Origin: Psammoneis japonica
Taxonomy: Eukaryota
NCBI GenBank assembly: GCA_008632985.1
Contig: QPGO01000236.1
Location: 62,001 to 103,230 of the forward strand
Direction: 5' to 3'
DNA: 41,230 bases
The position numbers were made by a program, and so were the translations under genes. The stretch's first letter is position 1. Each line of letters starts with the position of its first letter. Under the pieces are notes generated by a model, which made no database searches, had not been told where the DNA came from, and saw only the letters and a program-made list of their open reading frames with translations. This document shows, one piece after another, positions 1 through 13,055 of this stretch.

Positions 1-1339
1 GCAACCTTGCTTCCCAAACTCGATTTAAGTTGCCATTTCTACATTTTTGAATGACTCACCTCATTTTGTGCATTGTTTGCTGCCTCCAACAGAGTGCAAG
101 TCAGCCAAAAACCTCACCGTCAGAGGATTTGTCAATCGCCAATGTGTCCATTTGATGGTTCAACAAAAGCAGTGGATGTCTAGAAGGGTGCTTCCCCAGA
201 GAAAAATTCTGGATGGTGCAACACAATGTGAAGAGTGCCAAGGTGGTGCCCGATGAACTTCTTTTCAGCATGTTGCTTCACATTGACCACGACTCCTTTC
301 TTCGTGCATGTGGACGATGAGCCAGGAGAAAGATTGAGGAGACTCGCAGTCAGCTCAAGACTGGTGATCTTTGTGGCGCAATCATTGTTAAAATCGTTCC
401 CGAGCACGCAAAGGAGCAATCATGCACTTGTGCCAGTGAATTCCAAGTCGTTCGCAATGACCGAGTTTTGAGACACACAAAACCTGATGAAGTGAAGGCA
501 GCTTTACATTCCACTGACAATGATGAAGAAACTACATTGTCTCCTGACAAAAGCTTGTCATCATCAAGCCATGTGGCTGCCATTTCTCCAGAAAAACACA
601 TCAAGCTGAGTGGCTGCTGACCCCCACAAGACTGTGATCAGACACTTTGAAGACTCAATCAAGAGCCAAAAATCTAGTCCACATGAACTAGCGTCAGTTC
701 TGTCTGACCTGACATTGGAGAGAATGTGTTGGTCCAGGTTTGTCATCTGCAAAGATTCCACCATCTCTTCACTGAAGTCAATTGTGGCGGAGAAGGAGGA
801 GTTGGCATGCGCCTCAGCTGACGCATCAGCTGACAACACCTGTGTGCAATGCAACAAAAACAATGGTGAGTGCAAGGCAGATCATTGACTGCCATGCATG
901 AGTGCAAGCGGTCTTCAAGAAGTTGAGGCACGCGCGCAGCGACGGCCACACAAAGAAACAAAGAAAAGCATGACCCGTCTCCCACAGCAAGGGCCAGAGC
1001 AAACACAGATGTTGCTTGAGATTGACTTGACTGGTGAGTGCTTTGTCCTCTCTGATGAAGAGCCCACTGCAAAGTCTTGGGCACCATTGTGCTTTCTGGC
1101 CACCGACGACAAACCTCCACAATCTTGGTGTCAAGTTTTTCTCAAAGATGAAAGTTTTGGCGAAGAACCGAGAGTCAAGGTTGAGCATTGCAGCAAAGGA
1201 AATTAAAAAAACCAGAGCTGCTGGAAAATTTGCCTTGGTGTTGCAGTCAAATGCAAACAGTCACCCACCCATCACTGCCTCCATTGCAGAATCCATCTCT
1301 CCGATGACAAATGCCACACATCCAGCATTGGAGTCATTG

Positions 1340-1680
1340 CAGGTGCCAATTGTGCCAATGCCAACACCACCCACTCCAACTTTTCCAACTGAATGTTGCC
1401 GGCTGCTCCAATGCCAAACACGACAATGCCGCCTGTGTCAACGATGCTGTCAATGATGACACCTGCACCAACACAAACACCGCTGTGCTGACCACATCTT
1501 GCTCCAACCTCCAATGCCAAGTCCCGCACAGACAGCCACCCAGCACTGCCTGCTCCAACTGCAATGCCACTTGCGCCAACCAATGCCACCGACTGAATCG
1601 CCGGCAGCTCCAATGCAAAAGATGATGCCACCTGCATCAACGACACCATCCATGACACCACCTGTGCCATGCCAAAGACT
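1340..1680 (+). repeat. Degenerate Pro/Thr/Met-rich coding-like repeat
   Basis: Recurring ccaatgcc motifs. 1406-1470 resembles 1609-1670 and translates as PAAPM...MPP.ST..SM.TP. Confidence 0.5.
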
Positions 1681-2791
1681 GCAACATCAAAATGTTGCGA
1701 GTGTCATGCAAATGCAGCTGTCCATCACAGTGTGGTCATTTCACACCCAAAGGAAAAGCCATTGTCATCCATCTGCGAAAGGTGGTCATTGAAAGAAAAA
1801 AATGTGAGGCATTCAAAAAGCTGAAAAGGTCATGGGATGATCACACACAAAGTCTCGCATGATTTTTCTGCAGCGGGTTGAAGAACAGACAATGTGCCAG
1901 GCCTGCGGCCACAATGTCCCACCTTTCACGTGGTGGGGGAGGGACCTGGAGAGGCGTCTTGCAGCCATGTGCATGTCAATGGGAATCTTTTGAAAATGAC
2001 CCGTGATGTGGAGAGCATAAAATGATTGAGGATGCCTGCAGAATCTGCACGTTTTTGTGCTGAAACTGTTGTGTTCACACAATTTGTGCAAAAACAGACT
2101 TGACTGTTGTCGCGTCAGGTGCATTTTTGCAAATGTGTTGAAGAAAAATGCACCTGATCAGAAAACAGTCAAATCCATTTTTCGCAAAGTTAAAATTCAC
2201 TGAGGACAGACAGACCAACTTGTCTTGGCACTGTCCTGCACAATTTGTGTGCAATGACTCTACAGCACAAAAGATTGCCATTGAGCCAAGCATTGTGCAC
2301 CAATCAGGGCCTTGAAGTTTAAGTTGTTTTTTGGAATTTTGAAAAAATGGGACCTCATTGGTCGGCGAAAGGAGGAGCAAACGGAGCGAGATTTTTCAAA
2401 CCTGATGGATGGGTCTTGCTTTTGTGGACCAAGTGCAACACATGAAGGTGGATGAGGAAACACGATGGTTTCAGGGTTCTGTCTGCGTTGCCATGCATGG
2501 AACACCGATTGTGAAGTTGAGACCAAAATTCAGAAAAAGAGCTCGTGACATGCCACACGATTGCACAAAAGCAGAAATGTCTCCAAAATGGTTCTACAGA
2601 TTTTTTTATGATTCGCTCATGTCATGTGGCTGAGTGAAAGAGATGTTTTGGAAATGAGAAAAGTGGGGGGATTCTGACTCATTTTCAAGATGGAAGGCAT
2701 TGAAGTTGTTAAAAAATTGCACAAATGACGTCACTGCCTGAAAAAGCATTCTTTGATGAGAGTGCATGTGAGGAGTTGTAAATTTTTTTTA

Positions 2792-2916
2792 AGAAAATGG
2801 ACATCATGTGGTTGATGCAGTCACACGAACAAGGGGTGGTTGACGCGCGCATTTTTGCAGGCAGTGCGCGTGAATTTTGAGCTGATTCTGGCGCCGTGCT
2901 CCGTTGTGATGGTGGG
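2792..2916 (+). repeat. ~125-bp dispersed repeat, second copy at 38031-38156 (reverse)
   Basis: aaaatggacat...ttgacgcgcgcatttttgcaggcag...gtgatggtggg is shared. Confidence 0.85.
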
Positions 2917-3550
2917 TTTTTGTTGTCTTCCAGGCGTGGTGTCAGCACACTCTGTGGACTGTCGTTTGGCATGCGGTCTGGGCAGGTGGCAGTCGATTGT
3001 GTCCGGGTCTTTCAGCATTTGTGGAGGGACAGACCTGCACCATCTTCCCACTGGGGTCACCTGGAGCTGATCTGAGAGGCGGGAACACGGGATCCCCTGA
3101 GGCAACGGTGGATTGCCCTGACTGTGGTGACACTCATCCTCGCGTTGACGCAGCTGCATGCTTCAGAATGTGGCTTTTGCCACTTGTCTAAAAGTGTTGA
3201 TGCCATCTTGGGATGTCTCTTGAAAAGCCGTGATGATGAGAATGGTGTGTGGTTGTTCCAGACAAGGCTGGAGGTGCTTGCGCTTCTTTTCATGTTCGTG
3301 GCTTGCTGTGGCTTCTTCTGGTGTTTTGGACAGGTGTGGCTTTGCATCCGTGTTGGGGACGCAAACATCCATCACCATGTCTGTCCTTCCATCCCAAAAT
3401 CTCATGCTGAGAAGGTCTCCACGATCACCATCCTTGGACTTGCTGGAGTTGGTGTTTCCTGAAGTGCTGTTGGGGGTGCTTGAGCTTCCCGTGCTGTGAC
3501 CAGCAGGGTTGATTGGGGGTTCGTCGCGCATGCAGGAAGGTTTGCAAGCC
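2917..3550 (-). mobile_element. 3' fragment of an RLE-type (CRE-like) non-LTR retrotransposon
   Basis: RDEPPI...RGDLL..FW...DV.V.NTDAK...EKKRKHLQPCLEQ (3163-3531) and KWQKPHSEACSCVNARMS...RCLRGSRVP (3057-3200) resemble the restriction-like endonuclease C-terminus. Ends in caacaaaaa and is cut at the TIR of B. Confidence 0.75.
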
Positions 3551-4295
3551 CATCAGAGTGCACGAAATGTCAAAAATGTGCAGATTTGCACAATGATGAT
3601 TTGTCGAAATGTTGCAAAAAATTGTTGTCACACAATGACAGGCCAACCTCTGGTCACAAGTTTGCCACACCAGCGTTGCAACAACTTGTTGAGAATTGTG
3701 CACGCCATTTTTCACTGTGCCCACATCACTGCATCTGCCTCATCAGAGGCCGCAATGTGGTGTTGTTCACTTTCCTTTGGAAAATTTGGAACATTTATTT
3801 TGACAATTGTGTGCAAAAATTAGTGACAGTTCATTTGTTTTTTGACAGTCAATTTGCATTTGTTGTTGCCATTTTATGTTGGCAATTGTCGCCGTTTTGT
3901 TTTGCTTTTAAGTTGCCAAAGAATTTCAATGAGCCCTTCATTGTTGAGTGATGCTTTTTGTTTTGATTAATTTTTCACATGTTTGTGGAATCGTCAACTT
4001 TGACAGTGCTTTTCAACAGCTTCACCGCAGCCTTGCATCACCACAGACAATGGCATTTCTCCCTCGCCCCAGTCGGCCATGCAGTTGCCCAGAGGAACAC
4101 TGTCTCATTGTTTCCACCTGCACGCTCCAGTTGTCCAGTCAATGGGCCCCTGCCTGCATTTTGGTGCCTTTTCTACATGCGCAGTTCTCTGCCCATTTCA
4201 CAACAGCACACCCTCTCCCCAAAATGCTTTTGATGAGAGGGTGCACTGTTGTGAATCCTGTGCATTCTACGTGAATCGGCAACTGACTGTTGGCC

Positions 4296-7200
4296 ATGGC
4301 GTCCAACGACTTTGCCCCGTCTGACGACGAGGTCGACCCTGACCCTTCTTTCCAAATTGCCGAGGACTTAAATTTTGATGAAATGGAACATTTCACCAAC
4401 GGTTTCGGATTCAAATTGTTCCAACCCAAGCTCAAAAGCACAATTGCAATGCGTGCCTTGAAAAAGAAGTTTTTGGAGTTGACGAATTGGACCCCCTCTC
4501 CAGAATTCCTCGCTCTTCCCTTCCTTTGTCACAAGCCGAAGTTACGCCGTGTTCCTTGTGTTGCCAAAGTTGTCTGCACCAATGACATTGTAAGGAAAAC
4601 CCTTGGCTGTCCCGACATTTGGTCCCACATCATGACTCGTGGTTGGTCCATTGAGAAATCCCGCCGTGCGAAAGGCGAATGTGTCCTGTGACACAAAAAT
4701 CTCAAGGAGGCTCTGCATTTCTCCAAAACATCCGGAGAGACAGAAAAAGAACAGCGCAACCATGTGCTTCTTCACCGCAACATCCAGGCGATGGTAGAAT
4801 TTGTTCACACGATCGTTGCCGGAGACAACCCAAACAATCCTTTATCCGGTGAGCCTTGTTTCCGATTTTTGCGGTGCAAAAGTCTCCAAAGTTTGATCAA
4901 CGATCGAGCCCAAGACCTCCACAGTGCCCATTTTGTCACTGACATTGTCATGCGTTGCGTTCAGCACAAGCCCAAGGACATGGACTGTTGGTTCTTGAAG
5001 ATTTTCCGTCACGTCAAAGCCCAAAAGGAATGGTGCCTCTTTGTCAATGGCTTTCTGGTTGCATGCAATGCCAACGATCCTGGTGCCCAGGCAGATGAGA
5101 TCAAGGGGTTCCTTGACGACTCAACCGGTGACATGAAGAACACGGTGACAATGCAAGGCGATTCCCTTGCACGCCGTGAGGCTTGTGAAGAAAAAATCAA
5201 TTCCATGTTGAATCACGAATTTGGGAAGCGTTGTCCCAAGGAGCAAATTGGCATCCAACCTGGGTGCAGCAAGCAGCTCACAATGCTCCATTGCAGAATG
5301 CGTGATCAGAGGGCCGACTGCTTGGAAGACGATGACAAACAAATCTACAACTCTGGGACCAAACGCAAAATTGGGAGGACCCGCAAGGATGGCACCTGTT
5401 TGTACGATGGCAAGAACCCCCCCCACCTCCCGCCTTCTGCCTTTCCGCCTGCATCTGTCGCCTCAATGTCTCTTCTCACACCCCATGATTGTTCACGACC
5501 CACCAGAGCCTTCCTTGACCATTCCCAACAAGAAGGCCAAGCCTGCATCTCGCAACAAACAAGCCCCTCCATCGCTTTCTGGTGATGTTCCGTCATCCAG
5601 GGAGGCACACCGGACTCTCACCGCCAACCTTCCGTCACTCTCAGAAATTGTGGAAAACCTAAAACCTGCTTCTACCTCCAAAGGTCCTTCATCCAAACCT
5701 CATTCCTCTCCTCCTTCTGTTTCAGCCAATCCTCCCGTGGTTGCGTCTCCTCCCAGTGACCCTGACGACATGTTGTGGCTGGACCTGTCCACACTCCGTG
5801 ATCGCTTTGACCCATCCAAGTGTCAACCCGTCACCACTGAGGAAGTTTCTTCTCATTTGTCACACCTGCACATCATTGACAAAGCCACCGACACTGATTG
5901 GGTGCTTCATCATTCTGCCGCCAACTTTCACCTGGCGGACAACTTGCGGGAAAACTGGCACACGTTCTCAAACAATGCGCCATCATGTGATTCCGCCACC
6001 GCATCTCGTGTTCAAACCAAGTGCCCTCCCAACCTCGATCACTTCTCCGAGGAACTCTCTGTCGCCCGTCAGGCTAACTCTCTGTACAAGGGGCACTTCG
6101 GGTGCCTTCGTGTGTGCATTCCTGCCCTTCTTCTGTTTATTTTGTTGAAGGGAGAGTCCGATTTGACACGTGACGGACCGGCTGCAGTTCAAAATGGCAA
6201 AGCACGCAGGACAAAGTTTGGTTGTGCTGGGAGAGCGCATCACCCCAAGACGCCTGGTTCTGCCAAACTGGCCAAACCAAAGGCTGCTTGCGGACTTGAT
6301 GTCTTTGAGTCTGATGACAACTTTGATGCCAACGAGACCTCTAAAATTCAAGGCGATGGCAGCCGACATCCTCGACTCGATTCAGCTTTGCGAAAATGAG
6401 GTAGAGCTGAAAAAACTGAGCAATCCACCACCATTTAACTGGTCACTTCGGTGCGAGGAATGCTCGCAAAAGTTGGGCAACGAAATGGGCTGTCTCTTCT
6501 TCAAACGTGAGGACGTTGCCATGCAGGGATTGTGCATTTCCCGGGGTCAAGTCTGTGATGGTCACTGTGACAATAAAAACTGCACCTGGCGTTGACACAG
6601 GAAGACAGCTGCCGGTTGCTTCTTTGTCATGGATGCCTTTGGCAATGTCTGGTCCTTCAAGGTTGTTGCCAACAGCAGAAGGACCATTGGTGAATGCCAC
6701 GATGACCAGTGCGACATGAAGCCTGTGCTTGCTCGCATGCACCACAATCGAGCTCAGCTTGATTTTGCACTTAAAGACTTGGACTTGCAGCACGATGGTC
6801 CCACCCACCCCGATGTGTCACTTTCCAGCATTGCATTCAAGCATCTTTCCCTTGACGACAACAGGCCGTGGGACAATGTTCTTGTTGGTGGAGGTGGCGA
6901 CTCTTCGTGTGTCGAGGTGCACATGGATCGACTCAAGTTCCCGACTTTCCCAGTCAGGGACTTCCACTTGTCTGCCCCAGTCACAGTGATCTGCCATTTC
7001 AAGAACATTGTGCGCCGATCGGGTCCCGACCCAAAACGAGTCATTTGTTTGGCGATCCATGCTGGTTGTCCCACCGGATGTCACCGATTTTACTGCATGG
7101 GGGACAAGCATCTTCCCAACCTTTGTTGCGAAGGTGCTGACCCGTTTGTCAACTTTGCCGATTGCTTGCAGAACACATTTGGGGTGCCACACGGTGACCC

Positions 7201-9279
7201 ACAGGTGGGTGGGATCAGCCCTGCCAATTTGATGTACGAGAAATTTTGCGATGCATTTCTAGACCCTTGTCACGTCGGAACCGCGAATGACCTGGTTGAT
7301 GCAATGGTGGAAGAAATCTGTGCTGCACTTCTCTGGATAAACAACAATGTCGACACCAACGAGTTCTGTCCCAACTTAATGGAACAATGGTGCAAGGCAG
7401 CGTGTGATGCTTGGGAAGACCGGGGAGCAGATTTCAGTGAGATTCGTCTCATGTTGGTGCTGCAATGTCTGGTGCTGGCAGGTGTTGCAGTGAAAGACCA
7501 TCCAAGACTCAACAACATTGTCCATCCTGTCTTCAACTCGGGAGCTGCCGCACAACTGGGGCATGTTCAACCGGAAGAAAGGCCGCTCATGCACCAAAGG
7601 ACATCATCCGAAACAGGAGCCGAAGAGCACGGTTGGAATGGAACCGAGCACAAACTTTGTGAGAATTCAGACAATCGCTGCACCTGTGTTTTTGATTGTG
7701 TTTTCCGAGGACCCTGTTCAGGACAAGACCTGTTTACCTTCTCTCCCTCTGGGCAGCGTCTCCGCAAGCCACATGGGTTGACCGAGTGTGAAATTTTGGA
7801 GTGTGTTGACGACAACCCCAACCTTTGCCAATCACAAGACAACACTGAATCGCGCACATTTGTGTGTGAATCAGCCGTGCAATCAGACGGTGCCAGTGTT
7901 TTCTCTGCTGTTGATGGACCACCCACGGACAATGAACTTAGCTCATTGTCATTGGAGGAGTCTAGACTCGCCGCAAACAATGAACTTAGCTCATTGTCTT
8001 CGGAGGATTGTCGATTTGACGCAGAGAAAGAACCAAGTTCATTGGATTCGGAGGAGTCTCGACTCGCCAAAGACAATGAACTCAGCTCATTGTCTTTGGA
8101 GGAGTCTGTGTTGTCGGAGGACTGCTCGTGTCCTGATTCTGACTGCCGCGTTCCAATTGTCATGGCAGATTCTGTTGTCCTTCAGTCGCAGGATCAAGAA
8201 TCCGATGAAGATGACAAAAGCAACGCAACCGCGCACGATCGACCCGAGCCACCGGTCCTTTTACAAGTGCAAGATTTTGACATGGACAAATGTGTGAATG
8301 CCATTTTTGAGCAAGTCTGTCAACAGCCGAAGAGCTCCTGCAATTGTTTGGTGTCATGTTTTTCACAAATCTCAATCCGCAACATGACTCCTCCTGTGCT
8401 TTTGTTTCACATTGTCATGTCATCCCCAGACAAGACGGAGGTGCAAATGTCCTGTGGCTTTGCATGACGAGGCCCGTCATGGCCGGAAACCTGACATTGG
8501 ATGAGACATGTTCGGACCGTGGCGTGGAGGCTGTCCAATCCACTCAGCAAAGAAGAGATGAGGCAAGGTGTCAAGTCGTTCAGGATCTCTGCACGAACTC
8601 AAATGTTCGTGTGTGCACTGTGTCCCTGCAGGATGGTGGCCCCGCTTGTCACTTGAATTGCAACATGTCCGCCAAGAATTTTGCCCAAAGGGTCAAGACG
8701 CGGTTTGGAACAGTGATTGATTTTAAGAAAAGTGGCTTCATTTAGATCTGCATGGACTGCTGCTGGATGCAAAAAGGGGAGTGGCTGCAGTCGACACTCG
8801 GAAATCGCTTCTTCGGCAAAAACCCAAGGGATGTGATGGAAACGTTGTTTCATCCAAAGCTCCAGAGGTGCCGCATCATAATCCCATGCACCATTTGGTC
8901 ACCAACCCAAACCGCGCGCAATTTGGATGACATTTTGGAGTGCGCACTGGTGCAGGCCATGACACAGGACATGGCATGTGAAACAGTGACGCTCTGCCAG
9001 GCTTCCCAGGAGATTGTGGAGGAGCACCGTGTGGATTGGCTGGGAAAACCATCTGACCAGGAAGCATTGTGTTTGGTTTCACGGAACAGGAAATTCAGGA
9101 AACGCCACCACATGAAGAAGCCAATTCAGTCCTGGAGTTCCTGCGAGAGTGTGGAAATTGCAACCCGAAGGAACCGTTCCCGTTCCTGTCCTTCGAGAGG
9201 AGAATTCCCGATTTTGGGGATGAGTCAAGGAAATGGCCTGGGAGTTATTTGCTGTGCTAGTTCCCAGTCGGATTTGTGA
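4296..9279 (+). pseudogene. Large multidomain cargo gene of element A (candidate DNA-base-modifying protein)
   Basis: Consecutive ORF pieces 4290-4691, 4764-, 5221-6399, 6170-6595, 6629-8467, 8344-8745 and 8752-9279. Collinear homology with the cargo gene of B (NGFG, PSP..AL, GWS; ILD..QLCE; HxD; SW/VW-S.KV; GAA.Q; LCE/LCD; CCWM..GEW). Confidence 0.75.
7931..8106 (+). repeat. 48-bp coding tandem repeat, about 4 copies (NELSSLSLEESRLAAN)
   Basis: Units start at 7931, 7979, 8027 and 8075. Confidence 0.9.
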
Positions 9280-9374
9280 GTAGATTGTCAAAGCAGGTGA
9301 GTGAACGTTGTCTCTGTTGTCCTTGTCGTCCCAATTAAGTTTTCTGCTGCTGTTGTCGGATGCTCACATGCTTT

Positions 9375-12300
9375 TCACCTGCTTTTGTGAAACAGCTCTC
9401 CCCATGCATTTCTGTGGTCTTGAACTGCCCAAACATGCTTTGTCCTGTCGTGTGTCTCAGCAATGCCGGGTTGCTCCTCATGCACCAACAATTTGTCGCC
9501 AACAGCATCGATGGGCACCAAGAAAAGCTTGGGTGAGTGCACTGTTTGTTCAGCAGAGGACAAGTTGTTGTTCTTCACTTGGCCCAATTGCCAGCGACCA
9601 ACCAGGTCGGTGTGTTGCATTCGTTCAACCATGGCACGCTTGTCAGGCTGGTGCATGCAAGGGTGAACGACCGCACACAAGTCTCTGTCGCTTTCCCTTT
9701 GGAAGAAACAGTGAAGTCTTGACAGGAAGCACAATTCCCCCCTGGTTGTGCCAAAGTCAACATTCGCCCAGTCGTGAACCGGTCCTTCACTGTTGCAGTC
9801 TGGGTGTGCGCGGCAAGTGTCTTTCCCATTCTTGTGGTGGAATTCGGTTTTGCAAACAAGGTTGACGGTGAGGTTGCCTCCTGCTCCAACGCATTCCCTC
9901 CACTTCTTTTGAAAGAAATGGAGCAGGACCGGGTGAACCTGACATTGTTTTTGCTTTCCGTGCCAGAGAAAGCTCGCTGCATTGTTTGTCGCACTGCAGG
10001 TGATGGCGAAGGTGCTGCCACCCAGTGTGTGACTGTCGTCACCACGTGTGACGTCCTTTCATCCAACTCTCGATGTGATCCATGGGTTGGCCGACAACGC
10101 ACGGTGCACCGTCATTTGGTCTTGCATGCGCGACGCAACCTGACCTAGGAAGATGTCAAAGCTGCATTGTTGTGCCGTGGCAGAGGGCAATTTGAAAAAA
10201 TCCTTGAGCAAAGATTCTCCAAGACCAGTGTCAAAGTTCATGGCATGACGGAAACAATGTAGAAAGATTGGAAGGTGAAGAAGCTCGTGAAGTTTTTGCA
10301 GCTTCCACCCAGCCCCTTCGTGTCTGGGGGAGCAATGTACAATGCGAGACACCAGCAACCGAATTTTCTTTGTGATTTTGGTCAGGTCAGTTGTGTCGGT
10401 CGGTGGGTCGCCGAGTCGACACCAAGCATGGAAGGCAAGCAGGTCTTCCAGCAACTGGATGCATTGCCTGACACTGCAACTGAGGGGCTTTCTCTTTTTT
10501 TTCCTTTTCCGTTGATTGTGGCTGTTGCCTTCATCCTCGGACTCGTCCGGTTGTTGTTCCACATGATCGTCTTCATCCGTTTTGTACGGATCATCTGTTC
10601 CATTGTTGGAATGATGATCGTTGCCATTGTCGCACTCTTCCGGCATGTGACAGCGATTGATTCGGAACCCAGGCATCCCACACCCTGACGGCAATGGAGG
10701 ATTGTCTTGGTCTTCCTGGAGAAAACAAGATTCGCAGACATCTCTGCCTTCCTTTGTCAGCAGCAACAAACAAAAAACAAAGGCCATCCCCGCCCAATGA
10801 TGTGAGTTGAGGTGGGTGAGTGATGTTGCCCCGCCCTTGAAATTGGTTCGTAAGAAAGAATTGCACGTGGATCGGTGATTGCCAAACATTTTTTCCACTG
10901 ATCTGTCGACCTCGCTTCTCACTGAGTTTGTCATGCTGTCGACAAAAACACCAACCTCCCTTTTTAAAGTTCCGTTTTCAAAAAGGTGCATCATGTCGCT
11001 TGCCGTGGAAATGGTTGCTCCGAACAGCTGTTCTCCGAAATCTGCATTGAGCAAGCTGCTGGTGGGCACATTGTGCTGCTTCATGTGATGAAGCTGCTGC
11101 AGCCAGTGGTTCCTTTCTTGCTCGTCAAGACTGAGATCATTTGCGTGGTTCTGGACTGACAAAATGTCACCAGCCCTGACCAGCTTGCACTCCTTCCAAG
11201 GGTTGTCAAGCTCATTGCATCCGGTCGTGCAAAACCTGGAACAACGTTGGTGACAGTTCTTGGCACCACACCTGCCCACAAGGCAGTCACCACTCTTCGC
11301 ATCTCCGTTGATCAGGACTGTTGTTGGAATGACATGAAGGAAACGCATCTCATCACTGCATCGAACGCAGCAGCAAAAGCCACCGTTTTCCATTGTGTCC
11401 AGCAGAGGCTGGAGCATTGTTGCCAACACCTTGTGACAATCCCGGATGCTTTGGCCCTTCTCCGACTTTCGAGTGTTAGATTGCTGTTTGGCGGCGGAGG
11501 AGGACATTTTTTCCAGGTCGGGAATGCAACCAAGGACACGCCACTTTGCTCTGTCATGCCATTGGTTGCAGGCAACATGAGCCGACGTAACTGTGACAGG
11601 TTCTCCGCAGGAAGACGACATGGAGGCTGTCTTCCCAGTCTTGTCAACGTGAATCATCAAACATTCAAGGAACTCTTTAAGAGGATCTGAGACCCTGGCT
11701 GTGCATGCACTTCTGCACCACTCTCCTGCCAAAACACACTTGTCGTGCTTTCCCTTTGAGACATGCATTCCGCATGGATCGGCAGTGGGGTTGGCCCATG
11801 TGCAAGCATCCAGCATGAACGATTCCCACACATCTTTGAAATTCCATCGCGGAACTCTTGCTGTTGTCTCACCGCGTTCCCCATTGACGCTTTCTAGGTT
11901 GACTGGAATCATCTCGCATTCCGGACCTGCAAAAGATTTGTGCAGGTTCTCCATCAGTTTGGTGTGGCGAGGGATTTGCGTTCCAAGATGGAAGGCACTG
12001 CCACAGTGTCTTTTGATGAACTCGGCGATCTTGTCGCACAGGTGAAGCGGTGCTCTGCAGTTGTCTAAGAGCTTGCACAGCTCTGCACAAGCACTGTTGA
12101 GGTTGCTGAGAGATGGCATGCGCGCAAAGGCATCTTCGGATGGGCTGCGGTGCACCTCACCCAATCGGCTGTCTTCACTCCGCGAATCATCTTCGTCCAA
12201 GCTGTTTGATTCGTCAGGATTTGTAACTTCAGAGCCCTCCATTGTGACATCTGGCAGTGCGTCAAACGAGTCATCTGGTGACAAGCTGGCTTCGGAAGAC

Positions 12301-12758
12301 AAGTCCAGGGACATGTCATGAATTTCCTCATGATGGGATCGCGACCCAAGAGCGGAAATGTCATCATCAAACGGTGGTGACCATGGTTCATCGCTTCTGT
12401 CATTTTCGTTGTCAGTGGACCCAAGCCCAATGTTCGCTGCGGACGCACCTTGTCTGGACCGCCTCAGCCATGGCTGTGACGCGTCATCTGATGAGGAGGA
12501 AATGTCGAGATCAACTGACCCACATCTGCGAGAGAATTTGTTGCTGGCGTTGGAAGATTTAGCCACAACCCTTGCTGACAACTCTGGCATTGGGCAGTTT
12601 GTGACTGCATCGCGACGTGACAAGTTGGGCATCTCTTGAGCAAACAAAAAACACAGTGGGTCATGATGGAAATGGGTGAGCATCCGTTTGAAGGATCGTT
12701 TGCAACGGGGACATGCCACCACACCACCCCCACCCTGCCAACCACCATTTCCTTCCAT
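9375..12758 (-). pseudogene. Plavaka-like transposase of element A (hypermutated, frameshifted C-terminus)
   Basis: 899-aa ORF 10059-12758. N-terminal CPRC..H..C zinc finger, then IHVDKTG, VLGCIPD, RDCHKVL, GDAKSGD, DMMHLFENG and KLHELLH. Downstream pieces CRAHPDCNSEGPVHDW and LVPIDAVGDKLLVHEE. Only one Tyr in 899 aa. Confidence 0.8.
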
Positions 12759-13055
12759 TTGTCATTGCAGCAGGTTTGTGGGCTGCCCAAACACATGTGT
12801 GTTTGAATGGCAGCACCAGCTCAGTTCTTGAAAAGTGAAACAGTTTGGGCGGCAAGGAAGGAAAACATGACATGAATTGGCGCGAAAACATGGGTGCATT
12901 GTGTTCTTCCCATCAATGAAAACATTGACAGGTGAGAATGAATCGAACGCGTTGCGATGATTGATGACTTTGAGCATGAACAACTGACTGCAAATGTTGT
13001 TTTTCTGCGGAAAGGAAAAAATGAGTTGTGACGTGATGAGCCGTGATGCGTTGCA

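Noticed and set aside
47..1206. Gene at the left edge of the window
   Set aside because: Looks like decayed coding sequence but has no recognisable motif or second copy, so no call is supportable. The same holds for the ORF fragments in 1800-2700 and 28565-31700.
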